This document shows, one piece after another, positions 34,201-47,800 of a stretch of 64,000 bases of DNA (its first letter is position 1; each line of letters starts with the position of its first letter). A program made the position numbers and the translations under genes. The notes under the pieces are model-generated. The model saw only the letters and a program-made list of their open reading frames with translations, searched no databases and was not told the DNA's origin. Source of the DNA: the human T2T-CHM13v2.0 reference genome, Homo sapiens; assembly GCF_009914755.1 (NCBI RefSeq), contig NC_060934.1; one strand, written 5' to 3'.

Positions 34201-35859
34201 ATTTTTTCATTGACCCAGTGATCATTCAGAAGCCTACTGTTTAAATTTCCATGTATTTTTATCATTTCTGAAGTTTCTCTTGGTATTGATTTCTAGTTTT
34301 ATTCCACTGTAGTCTGAGAAGACACTTGATATGATTTCGATTTTTGAAAATTTGTTAAAACTTGTTTTATGGCTTTGCTTTAACATGGTCTACCTTGGAG
34401 AATATTCTATCTGCTTATCAAACTAATGTATATTCTGTAATTGCTTGGTAGAGTGTTCTGTAAATGTCTATTAAGTCCATTTGGTCTAAAATCCAGTTTA
34501 AGTTCAGTGTTTCTTTGTTAAATGATCTGTCTAGTGCTATGACTGTGATGTTGACGTCCTCCTCTATTATTGTATTGCTAGGTGTTTTGATGTTGGGTGC
34601 CCATGTATTTAGGATTGTTGTATCCTTTGCTGAATTGATCTCTTTATCATTATATAATGTCTTTCTTTGTCTTGTATTACTTTTTTTGATCTAAAGTCTG
34701 TGTTATCTGATTTAACCATAGCTACTTGTGTTCCCCTTTGGTTTCCATTTGCATGGAATATATTTTCTACCCCTTTACTTTTAGTCTATATGTGTCTTTA
34801 TAGGTAAGGTGAGTTTCTTATAGGAAGAATGTAATTTGATCATATTTTTTAATGCAGTCTGCCAATCTCTATCTTTTAAGTGGAGCATTTAACCTATTAA
34901 AGGTTAATATTGATATATGAGGCTTTGTTCTTGTCATGTTTTTATTTTTAAATTGTTTTAAATTTTTTTATTTTCTTCTCTTTTTGTCTTTGTGGTTTGA
35001 TGAAATTCTATTGTGATTCCATTTGATTCCTTTATTTTCCTCCTTTTTGTGATTATTTTATAAAAACTAAGTTTTATATTTCTGTATGTTTTCATAATGG
35101 TAATTATCAACCTTTCATTCCCATGTCTAAGTACTCTCAGCATTTTCGGCAAGACCAGTCCAGTCACCAAAAATTTTCTAAGTATTTGCTTATCTGAGAA
35201 AGACTTTATTTTTTCTTGATTTATGAAGCTTCTTCTGGCAGCATATAACATTCTGGACTGACAGATTTCTTTTTTTTTCTCTCAGCACTTTGAAAATGCC
35301 ATCTTATTCTCTTCTGGCCCATAAGTCTTCTGTTAGTCAGATGTGGTTTCCTTTGTAGGTCACCAGCTGATTTTCTCTTTCTAACTTTAAAATTCTTTCT
35401 TTCACTGACTGTAGACATTCTGAATATATAGGCTGTGGTGACTTCTTTTTGCAATGTATTTGCCTTGGGATAGGAAGTTCTCAGCAATTGTTTCCTTAAT
35501 TTGTTTTCTAAATTTTTTGATTGCTCTTCCTTCCTCAGGAATACCAACAATGCATAAGTTCTATAGCTTTATGTAGTCCCAGACATCTCAAAGCTTTGTT
35601 CATTCTGTTCTATTCTTTTATCTTTATTTTTATCTGACTGGATTATTTCAAAAGACCTTTCTTCAAGTTCTGAGATTTTTTTCTTCTATTTAGTCTATAA
35701 TTGAAGCTTTTGAATGTATTTAATATTTCCTTCAATGATTTTTTTTGTTCTAGAATTTCTGCTTGGTTTTATTTTATTTTATTTTTCAAGGCCAAAGCCT
35801 TTTAGTAAAGACAGTAATCTTATTTTGATAAAAAGTATATTTCAAAATAAAAATGTAAT

Positions 35860-36350
35860 GTTAATAAATCCTAAAGCATCAAGTAACATGAAAAACATAG
35901 TAAAACTTTTGAGCAATATAAGAGAAAATGACTTGTACATCTATAAAACGAAAGAGATTCCATTATAAAGCTACTTGAATTGATAAAAACAGAATTCAAC
36001 AAAATGGTAGGATGAGATAAATATACAAAAATCAATAGCTAGCCTGTATAATAACAATAATGTATTAAAATTATGATGAAAAAGGAAATAGCATTGAAAA
36101 TATAATAATGGTAGGGAGCACACTGGGATCAATATTTGATCAAATTAATATAAAATTTATTTAGAAGAATAAAACATATAGAATAACATACATATGCACA
36201 CATACAGGCATATATGTTAAAGGCAAGAATAATGAGGAGTAATTAGCCCTACCAGATCTTAGACAATCTTATACTTGAATAATTAAAGCAGTGTGGTATT
36301 GATGCAAAAATAGACAGATAAATGAACAAAATAAATAACCTTGAAATTGA

Positions 36351-36352
<2 letters not shown>
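35860..36352 (+). mobile_element. Old L1M ORF2 fragment in sense orientation
   Basis: ATATACAAAAATCAATAGC and GCCCTACCAGAT...AAAGCAGTGTGGTATTG...AATAGACAGATA motifs. Confidence 0.6.
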
Positions 36353-36897
<545 letters not shown>

Positions 36898-37719
36898 CAA
36901 TGTGTCTTTTAATTCTGTTATTGCATTTTAGGTTTTCTTGCATTGTTTTATTTTGGTGATCTTTATTTACATTTGTGATTTCATCTCAAATTGGTATTCT
37001 CATATAATTTCCTGCACCTGTTTTATAGCGTGATAATATCATCTTCTACTCTACTGATGTTGCCAGACAGTTTTGAAAATAATTTTTTAGAGTTCTCATA
37101 TTACATAATTTTAGAGGTATAATTGTCTTCTTCCTTTATCACATTTTTTTTTTCTGTTTTATAGTTACCCTCACATTGGATTTTTTTTTTGTGGGTAATT
37201 CCTCCGTAATTCTGGTACTTGATTGCCATTTATAATTTTGGTATTTTTGTGAATGTTTTAATCTTCCTACATATTTTAGTGAAAAGTATGGAGAGACACT
37301 GCTAGACACTGTTGATTTTGTATTTATATTTAAGAACTTTTCCACTGTCCAGCCATGGCTGACTGAGCCAATCCATCCTGTGTTTAGCAGTGTCTGATTA
37401 AGGTTTAGATACTGTTAAGTGGTTGTCTCAGATGTTACTGACTAAAGGGAGAATTTTATCACCATATGATATAGCTGGAGAGGTCTACAGTCATTGTTAC
37501 TACTTTCAGCAGTGCAACTTAAGGAGGATACTGTATTCCTTCACGATTGTAAATATGGTATGCAGAGTTTTAGTGTCTTCATAGCCAAAATAATACCATT
37601 AAGTACAGAAACATTTGAGCTGAATTTAATCTTGACATTGGAAGTTTTGATAAATTACTGAATATAATCCCATCTCCAACCTACTCTGCACTATTCTTAT
37701 TATTAAGAAATAATGTGTT

Positions 37720-37834
37720 TTAGTTTTCCGGGACAAAGCTGGTTTAGTCTGATTGTTTCAGTGTAATTACTAATAGCAACCCTGTTGTTTTCAAGATTGT
37801 CAAGATTTAGGTGATAAATTATATGGTCACTTTA
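37720..37834. mobile_element. MER94-like hAT fossil
   Basis: GGGACA...GTAATTACTAATAGC...ATAAATTATATGGTCAC resembles remembered MER94. Confidence 0.5.
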
Positions 37835-38087
37835 CTTTGAAGGATTTTATTTCTGATCTTCTTATAATCATATTACCCATGTGATATAGATGCTTTCATG
37901 AATGAAATACTTCCTTACCTTATGCTTCCATTACCATCTCTTGAAGATACCGCTGTCTCTTCTTTATACCACAAAGAAAACTTCTGTTTTCAAAGACTTT
38001 TTTGTTAGGATTCCCAATTCATGTCCCAGATATTGAGGACAATTTCCAAAGCCTTACATGTTTTCATTATCTGTCTGCTGCCACCAC

Positions 38088-38664
38088 TGTATTAGTCAGG
38101 CTTTCCCCCAGAAACGGAACCAATAGGATCTGTCTGTCTGTCTGTCTATATCTCTATCAATATATAGATACACATGAGGATATTTATTATGAGAATTGGC
38201 TCACATGATAATGGATGCTGAGAAGTCCCATGATATGCCATCTGGGAAAGGCCATAGTGTAATTCAGTCTGAATCTGAAGGCCTGAGAACCAGAGGTGCT
38301 GATGGTGTAACCTCCACTCCAAGGTCAAAAGCTTAAGATCTGGGAGGCCATTGGTTTAAGTCCTGGAATCTGAAGGCCCAACAACCAGGAGCTCCAATTC
38401 CAAGGGCAGGAGAAGATGGATATCCCAGCCAAGAAGAAAGGGAGAACTTATTGTTGCTCTGCGTTTTTGTTCTATTTAGGCCCTAAGTGATTTGGATGAC
38501 ACCTGTCCACATTGGTAAGGGTGGATCTTCTTTAGCCCATCTACTGATTCAGATGCTTATATTTTCTAGAAACACCCTTACAGACACACTGAGAAATAAT
38601 GTTTTACTAGCTATCTGGGCATCTTTTAGCCCCATCAACTTGACACATAAAATTAACCATCACA
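38088..38664 (-). mobile_element. MLT2B-like ERVL solo LTR
   Basis: TGTATTAGTCAGG...GAACCAATAGGA start, ends TTGACACATAAAATTAACCATCACA. Confidence 0.9.
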
Positions 38665-39250
38665 AGCACCATTGTACTTACAGAGCTTATCAATCTCAGA
38701 TCTCACAAATTCAAGTGTTCACTCAATTTATCTGTGTTTTATCTCTCACCTTTCTCTACGGAATTCAGTTTGCAAATGTACTGTCTTCTGTGTGTACTTC
38801 ATTCTGTATTCTGAGATTCTTTTTGACTCTTGGCTAACTCTCACTCTCATGATCTCAGTTTCACTTACAGCTTTAGATAAAAGGCAGTGTCCTTTTTCTA
38901 ACATTGGACCCATAGAGTCCTATCTACTTGCTCTGGCTAGTTTTAGCTACCCTGTCTGGATTTTTTTTTCTCAAATAGGTAAATTCAAACAAAGGAAATA
39001 TGAGATTTAATGAAGAATTATTGTATAAATAGATTTGTGTTTTAATGAAACTAACCCCATCCCACCTAACTCCATTCGAGCCTTCTCCTGCTTGGGCAGC
39101 AATTTAGATAATAGACTGAAGGGGCAAATTTGTAGTTAAGAATAACTGCAGTGATAGTAAAGATGTACTATGGGGGTGGGAGTGGTTCAGAATTGAAATT
39201 TTTTTTAGGATATAGAATTGACAAGTCTTGGTTAAACTGATCTGTTTAAT

Positions 39251-39460
39251 CAGTGTTTCTCAACCTCTGCACTGTTGACATTTTGGCCCAGATTATTCCT
39301 GTTGTGAGAGGCTTACTTATGTATTGCAGGATGTTTAACAGCATGCCTGTTCTCCATCCACTAGATGCTAGTAGCGACCCTCAGTTGTAAGAAAGAAAAA
39401 TGTAATTGAGCACCGCTAAATGTCCCCTGGGGGAAAAACACCTCCAGTTGAGAACTACTG
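39251..39460 (+). mobile_element. MER20 hAT-Charlie MITE
   Basis: TIRs CAGTGTTTCTCAAC and GTTGAGAACTACTG. 8-bp TSD tgtttaat/tgttaaat. Confidence 0.9.
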
Positions 39461-40300
39461 TGTTAAATAAATGGCATATGCTTTGTATTGCAAACTGTTA
39501 CAGGGTTAGCAATAATTATTTCTATGATAATAAGTTTAAAAAATAGATATTATTAATAATAATAAAATGTTTTTATGCCTGAGCATTGCAAGGTTGGCTT
39601 AACACTTGAAAATTAATTAGTGTAATTCACTACATTAACAGAAATTGGCATATTTTCAAATGGTTGATGACAATTCGCAAACTCTCTTCTGAATGTGTCA
39701 TACAACATGTTGTTCTTCTGTTTTATTTTCTCATCAAGTTTTCAGCGTCCCCTACATATCAGGAATGTTGATTTTGTTAACTTTTTCCTGCCATATAGAT
39801 TGCAAGTGTCTTTCCTAGACTCTTACTACATTTTGTTTGTTACACAAAATATTGTGTTATTAAATGTACCTATATTTCTTTTGTGAATTCAGGAATTCCT
39901 TTTTTATTTAAAAGGGCCTTGTCCTTCCAAATGTTTTATAAAAATTATCCTATATGTTCTGAAATTTTATTTTGTTTCACAGTTGGATCTTTATTGCAGT
40001 TGGATTTTATTTTTGTATTTGATATATGATAGGGTATATAACCTGATTATGTGAGCTTCATTTATTAAAACATATTTTCTATAATGAATATAAATGCCAT
40101 TTTTTAATATATTTTCATTTTTATGTATTTCTATTTTGGATTTCTATTCTGTTTTATTGATACAATTATCTATCATTGCACAAATACTTTGTTTTTAACA
40201 CTTTAGTAAGTTTTAATGTCTTAATTTTCCCTCTTCTACAACCTGCTTCTCCCTTAGTTGCCTTACCTCAATAAATACTATTAAGAACTCTGTCAGATAC

Positions 40301-40716
40301 TGCTTTAGTCCATCTGTGTTGACATAAGGAAATACTTGAGGCTGGGTTATTTATAAGGAAAAGAGGTCTTATTTTGTCTCATGGTTCTGTAGGCAGTACA
40401 AGAAACATGGTGCCGGCATCTGCTTCTGGCGAGGGCCTCAGGGAGCTTCTACTCGTGCAGGAAGGTGAAGTGGGAGCAGATATGTCACACGGTGAGTGTG
40501 GGAATGAGAGAGTAATGGGAGAGGTGCTACACACGTGAACAACCAGATTTCGCCTGAACTGAGTGAGAACTCACTTCTTCCCAAGGGGATGGTGCTAAAC
40601 TGTTCATGAGGGATCCTCCCGTATAATCCAAACACCTCCCACCGGGCCCCACTTTCAACACTGAGGATTGCATTTCAACATGAGATGTGGCGGGGACCAG
40701 TATCCAAACCATATCA
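40301..40716 (-). mobile_element. MSTB-like MaLR solo LTR
   Basis: Ends ATCCAAACCATATCA, with CATCTGCTTCTGGCGAGGGCCTCAGG inside. Confidence 0.87.
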
Positions 40717-40724
40717 GTTATTCA

Positions 40725-41010
40725 GTCTGAAAACCTTGAGAGTTTTTCTTGACTGCTTACTTTCTCTCACAATCCTTATTCAATGCACTAGAACATTCTT
40801 TTCTTCCTTTTATCAAAATATATAAAAAATTCCACCACTTTTCACCACCTCCACCACTTTCACATTTACCATGTTAGTTTATTCCATTATCTTTTTTGTT
40901 GCCCTGGACTATTACAATAGTTGCTTGATTCCCCCATTTCTAATCTTGATCACATAGCAGCCAGAGTGATCTTCTTAAAATATAAATCACATTCTCATTC
41001 TCTCCAACCA
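40725..41010 (+). mobile_element. L2 LINE fragment
   Basis: CCTGGACTATTACAATAG...CAGCCAGAGTGATCTT motifs. Confidence 0.65.
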
Positions 41011-41434
41011 CTTTCCAAAGAGCTGCAGGCTTAGCATACACATTGTCTGCCTTCCAAGTTGTAGCAGTCAACAGTTCTACCAAATGGCATGCTGTTTCTG
41101 TCTGTTCCTTTGCATTTTAACAATCAGATGCTAAACCAATGCCACTAATTTTAAATTTATTGATTTAGGTAAGGGTATTCTCAGTGCTTCAAAAGCAATG
41201 TCAAAATCTCAATGCCTTAATATAACTGTTGTTTATGTCTCTCTCATCTAATAGTTTAATGAGAGTCAGTGGACAAGTTTCTTATCCATAGAGTCATCTG
41301 GTTACCTAGACTCCTTCTATCTAGTGGCTACATTCCATAAGGCTTTGGAGTCCTCCATTGCATCTTCCCAACTACGTGGAATGAAAATTTGTACAGCAGG
41401 TTTTAGAGGACAGCACTGGGTGTGTGTGTGTGTT

Positions 41435-44400
41435 GATGACTTTTTCATATACTTACTGGCCATTTGTATGTCTACTTTTATGAAAAAGTCTATTTTGGTC
41501 ATTTGCCCATTTTTAATTGGATTATTTGGGTTTTAGTGTTGAATTGCTTGAGTTCATTATATTTTGTTTTTATATTAATTGCTTATCAAATTTATGGTTT
41601 CTCCCAGTCCATAGGTTGCCTTTTCATTTCGTTGACTTTTTTCTTTGCTTTGCACAAGTTTTTTTTTTTTTTTTTTTTTTTAGTTCTTCACTAATCTGCA
41701 GAGGTTCTACTTGTTTATTTTTGCTTTTGTTGCCAGTGATTTTGGTGTCCTACCCAGAAAATCAAGAATTATGGCAAGGAGCTTTTCCCCTATGTTTCCT
41801 TCTGGACGTTTTATGGTATTATGCTTAAAATTTTAATTCATTGAGTTGATTTTTGTGTATGTGTCAAATAAGTGTCCAATTTTATTTTTTGCATGTGGAT
41901 ATCCAATTTTCTCAACCTCATTTAAGGAATTATGTTTTCTTCATTGTGTATTGGTGGCACCCCTGTCAAAGATTAATTGACCATATATGCCTCGGTTTAT
42001 TACTGGGCTCTCTAACCTATTTGTTTGACCTATGTGTCTGTTTTATTATTATTATTTTTATTTTATGTGTCTGTTTATATACCATTACAATACTGTTTAA
42101 ATTTTTAAATTTTATTTATTATTTATTTTATTATACATTGAAATTTATAGCTGTATTTATTATGGGGTATAAAGCAATGTTATGATTTACGAATATAATG
42201 TGGAGTACTTAAAGCTAATTAACACATCCATCAGCTCAAATATCACTTTTTATAGTGAGAACATTTGAAATTTACTCTCATAGCAATTTTGAAATGTACA
42301 ATATGCTATTATATTCACCATGCTGTACAGTAGATATCAAAAAACCTTTATTCCTCGTGAATAACTGAGATTTTATACTTTTTGACATCATCTCCTTATT
42401 ACCCCCACCTGCAGCCTGTGCAGCCCCCATTCTGCTCTCTGCTTCTATGAGTTCAGTTGTTTTATCTTCCACATGTAAGTGAAAACATGTGGTATTTGTC
42501 TTTCTGTGCTTGGCTTATTTCACTTAGCATAGTGTTCTACAGTTCTATCCATGTCATTGCAAGTGACAGAATTCCATTTTTAAAGGCTACATAGTATTCT
42601 ACTCTCTCTATGTACTACATTTTCTTTATCCATTCATCCATTGATAAACAGGTTGATTCCATTACTTGGCTATCATGAATACTGCTGCCTGCAGTGAACA
42701 AGGGAGTGCAGACATTTCTTTGACAAACGGGTTTTAAACTTTTGGTAAATACTCAGAAATGCAATTGCCAGATCATATGGTGATTCTATTTTTAGTGTTT
42801 TGAGGAACCTCCATACTGTTTTTAATAGTTGATGTACTAGTTTACATTCCTGCTAACAGTGTACAAGAGTTATCTTTTCTTCATATCCTGACCAACATTT
42901 ATCTTTGGTATTTTTGATAATAGACATTCTGACCGATGTGAGGTGACATATCATTGTGGTTTTAATTTTCATTTCCTTAATAATTAATGATGTTGAGCTT
43001 TAAAAATATATATGTTTTCCATTTTTGTGTCTTCTTTTGAAAAATGTACATTCAGTCCCATTACTTGTTTTTTAAATTGGGTTTTCTATTTTCTTGCTGT
43101 TGAATTTAGTTCCTTATATATTTTATGTATTAAATCCTTGATGAATGTATGGCTTGTACATGTTTTCTCCTAATTCATAGGTTGTCTCTTCAAATTATTA
43201 ATAGTTTCCTTTGCTGTGCAGAAACTTTTCAATTTTATGTAATCACACTTGTCTATTTTTGCTTTTGTTGCCTGTGCTTTTGGGGTCAAATAAAAAAAAT
43301 TGCCTACACCAATGCTGTGCAGCTTTTACTTTTGTTTTCTTCTAATAGCTTTATAGTTTCTGGTATTACCTTTAGATTTTAATGTGAGTTTAATTTTTGT
43401 AAATGGTGTGAGATAAGAGCCCAATTTAATTCTTTGCATGTGAGTATCCAATTTTCCTAACACTATTCATTGAAGACTATCCTTTCCCCATTGTGTATTC
43501 TTAGCACCTTTGTTGAAAATCAATTGGCTATATAGGCTGGGTTCATATCTGCATTTTCTGGCGTGTTCCATTGGTTGGTGTGTCTACTTTTTTTGGCAGT
43601 ACCATGCTGTTTTAATTACTATAGTTTTGTAGTATAGTTTGAAATCAGTTAACGAGATGCCTACAGCATTGTTCTTTTTGTTCATGATTGCCTTGGCTAT
43701 TCAGGTTTTTTTTTTTGTGGTTCCATATGAATGTAAAATTTTTCTATGTCTGTGAAAAGTGACATTGGAATTTTAATAGGATTGCGTTGACACTATAGAT
43801 TGCTTTGGGTAGTGTGGACATTTTTAAAAATCATGGGATATCTTTCCATTTATTTGTGTCTTCAATTTCTTTCATCAATTGTTTTATCATTTTTAGTGTA
43901 CAGGTCTTTTACCTCTTTGGTCAAACTTTATTCCTAATTTATTTTTTAAATAGCTGTTGTAAATCAGATTGTTCTCTTCATTTCTGTTTTGGATAGTTCA
44001 TTGTTAATGTATAGAAACACTACTGATTTATGTGTGTTAATTTGTATTGCGCAACTTTATAGAATTCAACATTTTTTGATGGAGTCATAAGGGTTTTTAT
44101 GTATAATATTATATTGTTAGCAAACAATGATAATTTTATTTCTTTCTGGTCTATTTGTATGCCTTTTATTTCTTTCTCTAGCCTAATTTATTTGGTTGGG
44201 ACTTCCAGTACTAATACTGAATAGAAGTGGTGAGAGTGGGCATTCTTGTCTTGTCCAGATCTTAGAGGAAAGGCTTTCAATTTTTAACTATTGATTATAA
44301 TGTTACCTGAAGGCTTGTCATATATGGCCTTTATTGTTTACATACATTCCTTCTATATGTAATTTGGTGAGAGTTTTTTTTTAATCATGAAAGTATGTTG

Positions 44401-46005
44401 AATTTTGTCAAATGCCTCTTCTGCATCTATTGAGATGATCATGTGCTTTTTGTCCTTTAGTCTGTTAATATGATATATCACATTTATTGATTTGTATGTA
44501 TTGAACCTTTTATGCATCCCTAGGATAAATCTCACTTGACCTTGATAGGTGATACCATTAATGTGTTGTTGAATTTGGTTTGATAGTATTTTGTTGAGTA
44601 TCTTTGCATCTATGTTCATCAAGGATATTGGTCAGTAATTTTTTTTTCTTGTAATGTCCTTATCTGGTTTTGGTATTAGGGTAGTAGTGGTCTAGTAAAC
44701 CAAAATTGGAAGTATTCCCTCATTTTCAATTTTTTAGAACAGTTTAAGAAAGATTGGTATTAATTCTTTTTTAAATTCTTGGTAGAATTGAGCACAGAAA
44801 CTCCAAGATCCAGGACTTTTCTTTCATGGTAGAGTTTTTCTTACTGACTTAATCTCGTTACTAATTATTGGTCTGTTCAGATTTTCTACTGTTCAGATTT
44901 TTTACTGATTTAATCTTGCTTGGTTGTATGTTTCTAGGAGTTTATTCATTTTTCTAGGTTATCCAGTTATTGGCATGTAATTGTTTATAGTAGTCTATTT
45001 TGATTTTTTTTTGGTCTTTATGTTACATCAGTTGTAATACCTCCTTTTCTGATTTTATTTGAGTCTTTTTGAAATTTAGTCTACCTAAAGGTTTTTAAAA
45101 CTTTACCATTTCAAAGAATCAAGTCTTAGTTTCATTGTTCTTTTGTATTGATTTTTAGTCTCTATTTCATTTATTTCTGCTCTAATCTTTATTATTTCCT
45201 TTTTCTGCTAACTTTGGCTTAGTTTGTTCTTCTTTTTCTAGTTCCCTGACGAATAATGTTAAATTTTTGAGATCTTTCATCTTTTTTGATATAGACATTT
45301 ATTGATATAAACTTTTCTCTTAGAACTGCTTTTGCCATATTCCATATCCCCTAAGTTGTGGTATGTTGTATTTTCAGTTTCATTTGTCTCATTGTATGTT
45401 TTAATTTTCCTTTTAATTTCTTTATTAACACATTGGTTTCCAGGACCATGTTTCATTTCCATGTATTTGTGAATTTTCTAAAATTTATTCTGCTATTGAT
45501 TGCTAGTTTCATATCATTGTGGTGAGTAAAGATATTTGATATGATTTCAATCTTCTTAAATTTGCAAAGGCTTTTTTGTGCCTTATGTGTGATCTTTTCC
45601 AGAGAATGGCTGCATGTGCTTGAGAAGAATGTGCATTCTAGTGCTGTTGGATGGAATATTCTGTATATATCTATTAGGTTCGCTTGATCTAAAGTATAGT
45701 TCAAGTCCAGTGTTTCGTTATTAATGTTCCATCTGTATGATCTGTCCATTGTTGAAAGTGGAGTATTAAAGTTCTCCGCTATTATTGTATTACAGTTGTT
45801 TTTCCCTTCAGACATTTAATATTTGCTTTATGTTTTTAGGTTCTCCGGTATTTACAGCATATATATTTACAAGTGTTACATTCTTTTGATGAATTGACCC
45901 CTTTATCATTACATAGTATGCTTCTTTGTCCCTTTTTACAGTTTTTGACTGGAAGTTTATTTTTTTGATATAAGTATAGTGACCTCTGCTCTCTTTTGGT
46001 TTCCT
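41435..46005 (-). mobile_element. L1M/L1MA LINE-1 fragments (an L1MA 3' UTR to EN from ~42100, within an older L1)
   Basis: L1MA 3' UTR at ~42110-42700 and ORF2 peptides 44353..44622, 45453..45815, 45808..46032. Confidence 0.8.
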
Positions 46006-46194
46006 GGGGAGATAACTACTGAATATTGGCAAGTTTAAAAGTCACCTTTTTGTTCTTGTGGTCTAGGAGACTCAGGAGTTCAGAGCTGTGTCAGCTCCCA
46101 CAGATAGGTGATTTGAGAGTCAGTTTATTGGGTGAAGGCTACAAAAGTCGGTCTCCTTGATGTGCATATAAACTACAAGAGAGAGAGTCCTCAG

Positions 46195-46680
46195 CTTTGG
46201 ATTTATTGCTAGAGGAACCCAGGGAAGAATGTGCGAGGGTGCTCACTATTTTGTTCAAGCAAGCAGAAGTCTCACACCCTCCTAGCAGTGGGGGAGACTT
46301 TGGGTCTGGAGTTGCCTTTGAAGCAAGCCAGAGAAGAAGGTGCAGGGAGTAGGCACTTTTTCCTTTTTGGCTTGGAGAGGTCCCCTAGCCTCTCTCCAGT
46401 GAGAGATTTCAGGAATTTATCTGAGTAGAAATCCAGAGAAGGCACAGAGGGTGCCATCCCTTCCATTCTCACTGGCAGGGGACTCCAACCTCTTTTCACA
46501 GTGATATTGTAAGGCTGGAATTATTGCAGGAGCATCCTCAGGAAGAAAGCGCTAGAGTGCCTAATCTCCTGTTCAAAGAAACAGAAGTTTCAAACCCACC
46601 TTGTAGAGAGGGAGTCTTCTAGTTTGGAGTTATTGCTGAAGCAAGCCAGGAAGAAAGGCACAGGGATTGCTGTGCTTCCT
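46195..46680. repeat. Degenerate ~107-bp tandem monomers, probably an ancient L1 5' UTR
   Basis: Recurring GGA(G/A/T)TT..T(G)..GAAGCAAGCCAG.GAAGAAAGG motif near 46198, 46307, 46411, 46516 and 46625. Confidence 0.55.
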
Positions 46681-47184
46681 GTTTTTCTACTATGTAGACT
46701 CCCAGATATTGGCTTGTTAGAAGCCAGAACTGCAGGGAGCTGCTGGAAAAGTATGTGGCCAAGCCCTTTCTAGGAGAAATCTGAGCTGTTCTCAGGGGTA
46801 TTAGTGCTGGGAATGTTCACATGGTTCAAACTGCCCCTTTGTTTTTTTTGTCCTTGAGGGAAATCCTCTGATCCCCCTGTCCCTGCTGTTCCTCAAGCAT
46901 GATTTAAGTGCCAAGCCCTATGGCATAGAGTGTAAAAGTTGGGTACCATATATACATATGGAAATATATATATGGGTACCATATATATGTGTGTGTGTAT
47001 ATATGTATATATATGCATATATATGTATGTGTATATATATATGAAACAAGCCCCTTACTTCTTGGGAAGAAGCTTGTAATAGGGGCTTCCTTCCTTAATA
47101 TAAGGTGCTGTTCTCAATGTGAGGTTAGTGCAGGGAGTGGGGTTAGTGCAGGGAGTCCTTTTCCCATTGCTTATTTTTGTTAGA

Positions 47185-47405
47185 TAGATAAAGCAAATAT
47201 TAGAGCTAAAGAGACAGACAGACCCCGATACAATAATAGCTAGATTTCAGCACTCCACTTATAGCATTGAACAGATCTCCCAGACAAAAAATCAACAAAG
47301 GAACTTCGAACTTAATCTGCACTATAAATTGGCCTAGTAGATATTTAAAGAATATTTTATTTATTGGTTGCAGAATAAACATATTTCTCAGCACATGGAT
47401 CATTC
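47185..47405 (+). mobile_element. L1 endonuclease fragment in sense orientation
   Basis: Track ORF 47267.. begins NRSPRQKINKGTSNLICTI. Confidence 0.7.
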
Positions 47406-47477
47406 TGATCTGTATAATATTCATTACTGGGTTGATCCAAAATAATTGTAAATTAAGATCAATTTTTATAATTTATA

Positions 47478-47800
47478 TGCTGTGTCAGTTAGAAAATATA
47501 GCCCCAAATTCTTTGAGTCTTCTTCCAGTCAGGAAATGGGGTCTACCCAACCTCTTGTGAGTTTAGCTGGCTTATATTCATTTTCATTAATAGAATGGGT
47601 AGAAGTGATGCCATGCAGTGTCTGCCTGGCTCTTGGCACACAATCTCTGGAAGATTTATGTTAAGATATTTTCTTTCAGAATCCAGCTGCCATTCTGTGA
47701 GAAGCTCAAGGCAAAGGAAGGCCATATGTAGGTTCTCTGGTTAACAGCTTTAGCTGAGGCGGACATGTGAGTGAATGATGAAACCTCTAGATGATGGTGT
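47478..47800 (+). mobile_element. MLT1-type LTR fragment
   Basis: CCCCAAATTCTTTG...AATAGAATG.GTAGAAGTGATG...GTGAGAAGCTCAAG motifs. Confidence 0.55.
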
